Shown here: one piece after another, positions 1 to 6,554 of the stretch
Layout of the letters: each line of letters starts with the position of its first letter
Numbering within the stretch: position 1 is the stretch's first letter
NCBI GenBank assembly: GCA_028275775.1
Contig: JAPWTZ010000009.1
Coordinates: 1 to 21,623 of the forward strand
Length of the DNA stretch: 21,623 bases
From: Candidatus Nanopusillus sp.
GTDB lineage: Archaea > Nanobdellota > Nanobdellia > Nanobdellales > Nanobdellaceae
Direction of reading: 5' to 3'
Notes under the pieces: model-generated
The model's input: the letters and a program-made list of their open reading frames with translations, nothing else
Databases searched by the model: none
Told to the model about the DNA's origin: nothing
Translations under genes and position numbers: made by a program

Positions 1-77
1 ATATAACTATATTCATAATTATTAAATGAATAAACTTTTTCATAAAAATTTTATAAATATTTTTAATTTCATAATCT

Positions 78-84
78 AAAAAAA
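78..84 (-). terminator. oligo-T run (T7 on minus strand) directly after the stop of CDS 86..1330
   Basis: Plus-strand AAAAAAA at 78-84, one base from the minus-strand TAG (86-88). Oligo-T is the usual archaeal termination signal, but A/T runs are common in this DNA. Confidence 0.3.
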
Positions 85-85
85 G

Positions 86-1330
86 CTAATATAAAATAAT
101 AAAAACTACAACACCAGCTACTATTATTATAACCCAAATTGGTATTGAACTAAACAAAGATTTATTTGATGTTGTACTTATACTTGGTATTGAACTATAT
201 GAATATGTACTAGAAGTTGATGAAGTTGGTGTAGTAGAAATATTACTTATAGTATTAGTTGTTGTAGCATTTGTAGTTAATTGACTTACTTGATAAGGTA
301 ATGGTGTTATTGCCATATATATTGAGCCTTGACCATTTGAAATATTATTTAATCCAAACCATGCTAAATAAAGATCATTATTCAAAATTGTTGCTCCTGG
401 AATTATTGTAAATTGAACTGTATAATTAGCAATTGGTTGCAATTCTGTACTATTCCAATAATATACACTTAATAAACCAGGTCTCCATGCAATTATAATA
501 TATCCATTATTCCATGATATTGGAAATGCACTTTCATATATTGGCAAATTAAATGTTAAATTTTGATTAATTGTTAGTATTCCATTATAAAATTGATATA
601 AAGAATTACCAATAAAACCAATATCTGTTGCATTTACAAATTCAATATTTCCATTGTTCATGTTTATTAAAGCATAAGTACCATTTAGAAATTGAACAAC
701 AACCAAACCATTATTTGCAGAAACAATACCATTAATACCTGGAATATTTAAAGATTTAATAACATTGCCTGAAAGTGTTAATTCTTCAAGTATTGTATTA
801 TTATATGTAAGGGATATTGTAGGTTCATAAACTAAATATATATAATTTCCATCACTAGCATAACTTAATGCAACACCGTTGTTTGTTAAATTAATAACAG
901 GTCCCCAAACATTATTATTTAATATTGAAGCTTGAAGAAGAATTGTTAAATTATTTAAACTATAACTTCCCATTGGCACACCACCCCATAACATCATTAA
1001 TGATCCATTATTTAATTCAACTAATACTGGACTAGATTCTCCTAAATCATTGAAATTTGGTAAAGGTGCATTCATTTCTTCAGTTCCATTAAATACAATA
1101 CCATCAATAATTGTAGCTAAAGATGTTGGTTCTGTATAATAAATATAAACAAGACCATTATAACTAGTTATTGAAAATCCATAACCAAAACTAGTATTAT
1201 TAGTTATTATAATTATTGATGTATTTGTATATTGTTGACCATTTAAATTTGTTTGTGCTATAATTTTTGTACCCAACATTATCAAAGATAATATAAAAAA
1301 TATAACTATCGCCTTAATTTTATTTTTCAT
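86..1330 (-). CDS. secreted, C-terminally membrane-anchored surface (glyco)protein, function unknown
   Basis: 414-aa ORF with signal-like N-terminus MKNKIKAIVIFFILSLIMLGTKIIAQ. Recurring beta-strand-like motifs (GLVYIYYTE, GNYIYLVYE, GYIIIAWRP, DLYLAWFG) suggest a repeated beta-rich fold. Many N-x-S/T sequons. A Ser/Thr-rich stalk (TTNATTTNTISNISTTPTSSTSSTYSYSS) precedes a terminal hydrophobic helix IPIWVIIIVAGVVVFIILY that ends the protein. Confidence 0.8.
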   Translation of the reverse strand: MKNKIKAIVIFFILSLIMLGTKIIAQTNLNGQQYTNTSIIIITNNTSFGYGFSITSYNGLVYIYYTEPTSLATIIDGIVFNGTEEMNAPLPNFNDLGESSPVLVELNNGSLMMLWGGVPMGSYSLNNLTILLQASILNNNVWGPVINLTNNGVALSYASDGNYIYLVYEPTISLTYNNTILEELTLSGNVIKSLNIPGINGIVSANNGLVVVQFLNGTYALINMNNGNIEFVNATDIGFIGNSLYQFYNGILTINQNLTFNLPIYESAFPISWNNGYIIIAWRPGLLSVYYWNSTELQPIANYTVQFTIIPGATILNNDLYLAWFGLNNISNGQGSIYMAITPLPYQVSQLTTNATTTNTISNISTTPTSSTSSTYSYSSIPSISTTSNKSLFSSIPIWVIIIVAGVVVFIILY

Positions 1331-1421
1331 ATAATTTTTTAATAATTATTATTTTTAAGTATTATAATTATTGAAAATTCATTATAAAAAATTAATAAAA
1401 TCCAAGATTTTTATAAATGAT
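1331..1421. promoter_or_regulatory. divergent promoter region between CDS 86..1330 (-) and the 1422.. operon (+)
   Basis: 91-nt almost pure A/T spacer between two divergently oriented start codons, with several TATA-like runs (e.g. ATTATAAAAAA at 1381-1391). Both promoters must lie in or next to this interval. Individual boxes cannot be assigned reliably in this composition. Confidence 0.45.
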
Positions 1422-2630
1422 ATGAAATCTATAAGTGATAGTGTAATAGAACTTATTATTGTAATTATTATTATAATATTTGTAATAATTGTTTTCTTTA
1501 ATGTATTAAAAGGTCTTAGTTATGCTGGTAGACCAGAAGCAAAATTTGGATATGCATTAGCAGGAAGTATAAGTTTTATGGTAAATCCAGTAGCACAGGG
1601 AATATCTGATGCTGCAACAATTGCAAATGAAGTATTATTAGGAGTTGTTGCTGCTGCAACCGTTGCCGGTATATTTTCCGGAATTAAAACAAATTATGAT
1701 GAGAATGTAGAGTTTTTAGAGAGCTTAGGACTTAACGAAGAAGAGATAAAAGATATGGGTACGTCTAATCTGCTATTTAAAGATCTTGATGAGGGTGGAG
1801 GTCCTGCAATAGATGATATTGCATCTGGTGTTGGAAGTGCATATAAAACAGTATTTTTAAATCCTTTGGGTGCAGGTCTATTAGCTGGAACAATTGGTTT
1901 AGATGTTTCATCATATTTCTTAAATAATTTAGCACATGCGATGCAAGCACCAATTTTATATTATTTAGTCCCAGAAGGTGTAATAGCTGTGAATTTAAGT
2001 GATATTAGTAACTCTCAAGTAAATGAAATGCTTAATGATTTAAATGAATCATATGCAAAGAATATAGAACAATATTGTAATAATCCAACATCATCAGAAT
2101 GTCAAAATTTATATGCAACATATTTAGTTGCAAAATATTTATTTTATACATATGGAGAAACATTGGGACAGAGTGTAACTATAGCGGGTAATCATAATGA
2201 ATATGCACTATTATTATTTGATTATAACAGTAATAATAAATATAATGTTACATTAAATGATGTTTTATGTATGTTAGAAATGATGAGATATTATGGTTAT
2301 ATCCCATTAGAAGTTATGTATGGAGATAAAGTAATAGAAGAGAGTAGTAATAATGTTGCTTGTCAGGTTTTAAGTAGTATAGATCCGAATGCAATGTCAT
2401 CAAATCCTCAATATTCCCAGTTTGTATATAATAAACTATTAGTAAATTCATATAAAGTAAGCAAAAGCGGTACTCCTAATCAATTAAGTTCAACTTCAAA
2501 AAATTCCCCACCAAATGAAATTATAATTATTCCAGGTAATTTAGGATTACCAAATGGTATAATAATAGAATATACATATGAAGGAGGAAATAGAGTAATT
2601 CTATTAACATCAATTTCAGGTGAAAGTTAA
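1422..2630 (+). CDS. operon protein 1: N-terminally anchored membrane protein with Gly/Ala-rich hydrophobic segments, unknown function
   Basis: ORF track gives 1371..2630 from a TTG. The first ATG (1422) yields MKSISDSVIELIIVIIIIIFVIIVFFNVL, the same short-leader plus hydrophobic-helix layout as the downstream genes. Further hydrophobic Gly/Ala-rich stretches (VLLGVVAAATVAGIFSGI, LNPLGAGLLAGTIGL). 4 Cys, all distal to the helix. No family recognised. Confidence 0.75.
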   Translation: MKSISDSVIELIIVIIIIIFVIIVFFNVLKGLSYAGRPEAKFGYALAGSISFMVNPVAQGISDAATIANEVLLGVVAAATVAGIFSGIKTNYDENVEFLESLGLNEEEIKDMGTSNLLFKDLDEGGGPAIDDIASGVGSAYKTVFLNPLGAGLLAGTIGLDVSSYFLNNLAHAMQAPILYYLVPEGVIAVNLSDISNSQVNEMLNDLNESYAKNIEQYCNNPTSSECQNLYATYLVAKYLFYTYGETLGQSVTIAGNHNEYALLLFDYNSNNKYNVTLNDVLCMLEMMRYYGYIPLEVMYGDKVIEESSNNVACQVLSSIDPNAMSSNPQYSQFVYNKLLVNSYKVSKSGTPNQLSSTSKNSPPNEIIIIPGNLGLPNGIIIEYTYEGGNRVILLTSISGES

Positions 2631-2660
2631 TTTATAAATTGCAAAGTTTTTAGATTTATA

Positions 2661-2807
2661 ATGGAAACAGGAGAGCTTTTAAAAATAATTCTTGCATTAA
2701 TATTCATTGTATTAATATTAATACTTGTTTTTGTTGTATTCGGACCAAAATTAGGGCTAAATATAAATATATTTGCTAGATATCAATTAATAGGAGGAAA
2801 TGGATAA
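2661..2807 (+). CDS. operon protein 2: 48-aa single-helix mini-protein (not in supplied ORF track)
   Basis: Hand translation gives METGELLKIILALIFIVLILILVFVVFGPKLGLNINIFARYQLIGGNG then TAA. It overlaps the next start by 8 nt (ATGGATAA). TTTATAAAT at 2631-2639 lies ~-30 to -22 from the ATG. It has the same N-terminal architecture as its neighbours. Confidence 0.55.
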   Translation: METGELLKIILALIFIVLILILVFVVFGPKLGLNINIFARYQLIGGNG

Positions 2808-2982
2808 AAAAACACAAGTAAGTACATTTTTAATAGCAATAATATTATTTATTGTTGCATTAATATTGTTAGTAATATTTATGTATTTTTATTTTAAAGG
2901 TGGAGTAAAGTTATTCAATAGTATACCTCAAACAAATGGCACAAATGTTGTAAATAGTATAAATAGTAACAACTATGGCTGA
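2800..2982 (+). CDS. operon protein 3: 60-aa single-helix mini-protein
   Basis: MDKKTQVSTFLIAIILFIVALILLVIFMYFYF followed by a short Asn-rich tail. GGAGG at 2793-2797 lies just upstream of the ATG. The 3' end overlaps the next start by 8 nt. Confidence 0.6.
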   Translation: MDKKTQVSTFLIAIILFIVALILLVIFMYFYFKGGVKLFNSIPQTNGTNVVNSINSNNYG

Positions 2983-3133
2983 TAATGCAATAAACTTTTT
3001 AATATTTTTAATTATTGCAATAGTAATAATTGTTTTAGCAATAATATTTTATTATTATATAGTAGGTCATACTATGCAGGCAAATGTAACAAGTGTAGGA
3101 TATAAAATATTAAATCAATCTGGATTAGGATAA
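2975..3133 (+). CDS. operon protein 4: 52-aa single-helix mini-protein (not in supplied ORF track)
   Basis: Hand translation gives MADNAINFLIFLIIAIVIIVLAIIFYYYIVGHTMQANVTSVGYKILNQSGLG then TAA at 3131-3133. The start overlaps the previous stop (ATGGCTGA). The next gene starts at 3135. Confidence 0.55.
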   Translation: MADNAINFLIFLIIAIVIIVLAIIFYYYIVGHTMQANVTSVGYKILNQSGLG

Positions 3134-3134
3134 T

Positions 3135-4082
3135 ATGAAAGGAGATTTTCTTAGAATAATTTTTGATATAATAGTATTAATTGTATTGGCACTTTTAATA
3201 TACTATATTATTATGGTATTTATTGGATTAGCTATGGGAAATGAGGCAAAATATATTGGATATTTAAATACAATTGCTGATGATATAAATAGTGGAGGTA
3301 ATGGAGAAGTATTTATAAATAATTATGATTATAATTATGTTTTTGTATTAACATATAATAATGGATGGTATTTACAATTATATCATTGTCTTCCTCCAAA
3401 TTTTGTTGTAGGTCTCTTATCTGTTAAAGTAGCATATTGGAATGTTTCTACAATAAATAATGGAAATACTGTTATATTTGCACCGGCATTAGCATTTTGT
3501 AAATTAGTAAAGCAAAGATCATTAAATAATATAAATCAAATAAATATAAACATACAAGGATTAAATGATGAAGCAGGTTTATTAGTATATTCATCTAATA
3601 ATTATTTACAGATATTTCAAATTCTTATAAGTATAGAGGATTCCTTCTTTTCATTAGTATCACCAGCATGGAAATCAATGTTTCTTGCTATATTAAATGA
3701 TACAACAATAACATGTGATAGTAATGGATGTACATTTACATCAACAATTAAAGAAAATGGTAATACATATGAAGTAAATGGTAATATATATTGTGCTCCG
3801 AATCCAAATATAAATAAAAATAACAACAATTTACCATATAATCCATCAGTATGTGTAGAATTATCAGGATTTCCAAGGAATCCTCAGGTAGTTCTTAGTA
3901 ATTTTGTAGGTAGGATAATAGATTCTGCCACATTAGGTGGGCTCATTAGAGAAATCTATGGTATAGACTTTCCAATATTATATTTTGCAGGTTCTTTACC
4001 ACCAACAGTAATGGATATAGATGTAAATAGTAATGGAGGGACAGCAAATATTGATATATACATAGGAGAGACTGTTTCATAA
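3135..4082 (+). CDS. operon protein 5: N-terminally anchored Asn-rich protein with prepilin-like leader (MKG/DF...), unknown function
   Basis: 315-aa ORF. MKGDFLRIIFDIIVLIVLALLIYYIIMVFIGLAMG is followed by a sequon-rich domain. 6 Cys, all after the helix. Starts 1 nt after the previous stop. Confidence 0.8.
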   Translation: MKGDFLRIIFDIIVLIVLALLIYYIIMVFIGLAMGNEAKYIGYLNTIADDINSGGNGEVFINNYDYNYVFVLTYNNGWYLQLYHCLPPNFVVGLLSVKVAYWNVSTINNGNTVIFAPALAFCKLVKQRSLNNINQININIQGLNDEAGLLVYSSNNYLQIFQILISIEDSFFSLVSPAWKSMFLAILNDTTITCDSNGCTFTSTIKENGNTYEVNGNIYCAPNPNINKNNNNLPYNPSVCVELSGFPRNPQVVLSNFVGRIIDSATLGGLIREIYGIDFPILYFAGSLPPTVMDIDVNSNGGTANIDIYIGETVS

Positions 4083-4083
4083 T

Positions 4084-5187
4084 ATGGATATAGATGAATT
4101 ATTAGATGCAATAATAGCATCAATATTTTTAATAATTGTATCATTAATAGGAATAAATTTTCCATATATTGTTGCAAGAATATTTGGTACACATAATCCT
4201 TATTTAATATTAGAGGTTGCTGGTTTTATTACATATTCAACATCAGAACCTGGAAATATGGATGCAGCATTTTTAGTAACAAATGAACCAACTTTTTTCT
4301 ATGAATTTAGGATAATTCCTCCAATACATTCATCTTCCCTGTTCATTCCTTTATATAATAATAATGATTTTTTTGTCAGTATTGGAATATGCTATACATA
4401 TGATTTATGGCAACAACTTGCAGATGATGCATTAAATTCTTTTATAGCTGAAGTAGCTTCATATTTACCTGGACTTAAGAATTTTGGTGTTACAAAACCT
4501 TTACTGGATGTTTTAAATGATGTATCTAAAGCATTACCAGAAATTGCAAAACAGACAGCAATAAACTTTGTTGGTACATATGGATTATACACATTTCAAT
4601 CCGCATTTTTACAATATTCATATGGAAATCATAATATTTGGGGTGATATGTTTAATGCATTACAATCTTCGGTAGGACCTGCTCTATGGTCTACTGTAGA
4701 ATTTTCTATAATGCAAGTTGCAGATATGATATTGGATGAAACTTTACCACCTGGTTGGGATTTTGTAGCTGGTGTTGCATTTAATTTAGCATTTTCAGCA
4801 GCAATTACTTTAGTACAATATTGGCAAGCTACAACAAATCCATATGCGAGTTGCTATTATAATCAATTTATAAGTCAAGGTAACTTTCTTTATATATTTC
4901 CAAATGGAAAGTATACAGTATATCAACCATATTTAACATTGTCAATATATTATAATCCAAATTTTACATTTTATAATGGATGTAATGATTATTATTTATG
5001 TAATACAAGCTTTACATATATTTATAATCCAAATGATAAAAGTCAGGATAATATATTTAAACTAGATTTAGGAAATATAGATGATAAAGGTCAGCAAGTA
5101 TTTCCAGAGTTTATTATTTTATCAAAAGCGGGTTTTGAATATGGAGGCCCATATTTAAATGTATCAATATTACCTTCTAAAACATGA
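4084..5187 (+). CDS. operon protein 6: N-terminally anchored protein with a less biased, Gly/Ala/Leu-containing central domain, unknown function
   Basis: 367-aa ORF starting MDIDELLDAIIASIFLIIVSLIG. Central region (e.g. WDFVAGVAFNLAFSAAITLVQYW) is hydrophobic/amphipathic. 4 Cys. The start is 1 nt after the previous stop and the stop overlaps the next start (ATGA). Confidence 0.8.
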   Translation: MDIDELLDAIIASIFLIIVSLIGINFPYIVARIFGTHNPYLILEVAGFITYSTSEPGNMDAAFLVTNEPTFFYEFRIIPPIHSSSLFIPLYNNNDFFVSIGICYTYDLWQQLADDALNSFIAEVASYLPGLKNFGVTKPLLDVLNDVSKALPEIAKQTAINFVGTYGLYTFQSAFLQYSYGNHNIWGDMFNALQSSVGPALWSTVEFSIMQVADMILDETLPPGWDFVAGVAFNLAFSAAITLVQYWQATTNPYASCYYNQFISQGNFLYIFPNGKYTVYQPYLTLSIYYNPNFTFYNGCNDYYLCNTSFTYIYNPNDKSQDNIFKLDLGNIDDKGQQVFPEFIILSKAGFEYGGPYLNVSILPSKT

Positions 5188-6041
5188 GATCATTATCTTT
5201 AAAAGATATAATTGAATATATTGCTGCAGCGGTTGTTATAATAGTTACATTTTTCATTATAGCAATATTATATGCATTATTTAATGTTGAATCGTATTCT
5301 CAATATACATATCAACAATTTACAAATAGTTTATTAATTGATAGATTAAATTATTGTTTATATGAAAAAACTGGAAATCCATTATTATTATTTTATGCTC
5401 CAAATCCAAATATTATTAATGAATATAATAATATATATCAACAATGTTTTATGAATATATCTGGAACATTTTATTATTTTACTAATGAATCAAATCAGTC
5501 AAATGAATTTATATATACATATTTAAATTTTTCTTATGACGATTATATATATTTCTTTTTCTATAATATTAACAATATAAATTATTCATATTCTTATGAT
5601 CCATATAATCTTAGTTTTGAATATAATATAAGTGTAAATCCAAATTATGTTGCATATAATATTTATAATATAAATTATACATATGAAGATCTACCATCTT
5701 TAAACCAATTTTTAATCAATTACTTCTATAATTATAGTTTATATATATACAATGAAACAGAAAATGCTTATCAAAACTATCAAATTATAAATAATGACGA
5801 AGTATATCAAATATATCTTTCTGATTTATCTGGAGAAACTTATTATTATTATGAAACATATATTCAACCAATAACATCATATTATATTACTTTGCCAGAA
5901 TATGATAGTGGAGAACCAGTAATAGTATCTTTATATGGTGTAGGAGATCTCTATATGAATGGAATATATAATGAAACATGTGATATAATTGCTGGAGGCC
6001 AAATAAATATATCTTCATGTAAGATTACTCAAATAAAATGA
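5184..6041 (+). CDS. operon protein 7: N-terminally anchored Asn/Tyr-rich glycoprotein-like protein, unknown function
   Basis: 285-aa ORF starting MRSLSLKDIIEYIAAAVVIIVTFFIIAILYAL. I count 12 N-x-S/T sequons and 4 Cys. ATGA overlaps at both ends. Confidence 0.8.
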   Translation: MRSLSLKDIIEYIAAAVVIIVTFFIIAILYALFNVESYSQYTYQQFTNSLLIDRLNYCLYEKTGNPLLLFYAPNPNIINEYNNIYQQCFMNISGTFYYFTNESNQSNEFIYTYLNFSYDDYIYFFFYNINNINYSYSYDPYNLSFEYNISVNPNYVAYNIYNINYTYEDLPSLNQFLINYFYNYSLYIYNETENAYQNYQIINNDEVYQIYLSDLSGETYYYYETYIQPITSYYITLPEYDSGEPVIVSLYGVGDLYMNGIYNETCDIIAGGQINISSCKITQIK

Positions 6042-6523
6042 AAATACAAATTGGTTTCTTTTTATCATTTATTGCTGCAGTAATTATTGTTGTAGCTATA
6101 TTTTTTATATTTATATTTAATATTTTTTCATATGGGAATCCAACATTAAATAATATTGCAAGTTTAAATGCTGTTGGTATTGAATATAAATCTGCAAATG
6201 GTTTTTTAGATTCTTTAATTTATTTTGATAATGTAACTGTACCTGCAATAGATATATATGCAGGATTTAATAATAATAAAGCATTGGATAATTATATAAT
6301 AAATGAATTGGCAAATGAAGAATTATATTATTTAAATAATTCTGCTACAATTTTATCATTCTATTTTAATAATGATACAATTATTGGAGTATGTCCAAAT
6401 AAGGAATATATAAATTATAATGTTTATTTAAATGGTAAATCATATACATTCTATGTTTGTCCACCAACAGTACTATATAACTTTTATGTAAATTATAGTG
6501 TTATTAGTAATTATCTAACTTAA
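6038..6523 (+). CDS. operon protein 8: N-terminally anchored small Asn/Tyr-rich protein, unknown function
   Basis: 161-aa ORF starting MKIQIGFFLSFIAAVIIVVAIFFIFIF. 2 Cys (GVCPNK, YVCPPT). The start overlaps the previous stop (ATGA). Confidence 0.75.
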   Translation: MKIQIGFFLSFIAAVIIVVAIFFIFIFNIFSYGNPTLNNIASLNAVGIEYKSANGFLDSLIYFDNVTVPAIDIYAGFNNNKALDNYIINELANEELYYLNNSATILSFYFNNDTIIGVCPNKEYINYNVYLNGKSYTFYVCPPTVLYNFYVNYSVISNYLT

Positions 6524-6554
6524 AGTTAATAATTTTAAAATTTATTGAATTTAT

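Noticed and set aside
1371-1421. TTG-initiated N-terminal extension (MKIHYKKLIKSKIFIND) of the first operon gene, as given in the ORF track
   Set aside because: The ATG at 1422 gives the same short-leader plus hydrophobic-helix start as all downstream genes. The extension would consume most of the 91-nt divergent promoter spacer. It is kept only as an alternative start.
2632-2661. 8-bp inverted repeat TTATAAAT ... ATTTATAA (14-nt loop) between operon genes 1 and 2, as a terminator or attenuator hairpin
   Set aside because: An all-A/T stem would be unstable in a thermophile. Such palindromes arise by chance in TATA-like sequence. It is more simply read as a promoter-like TATA element.
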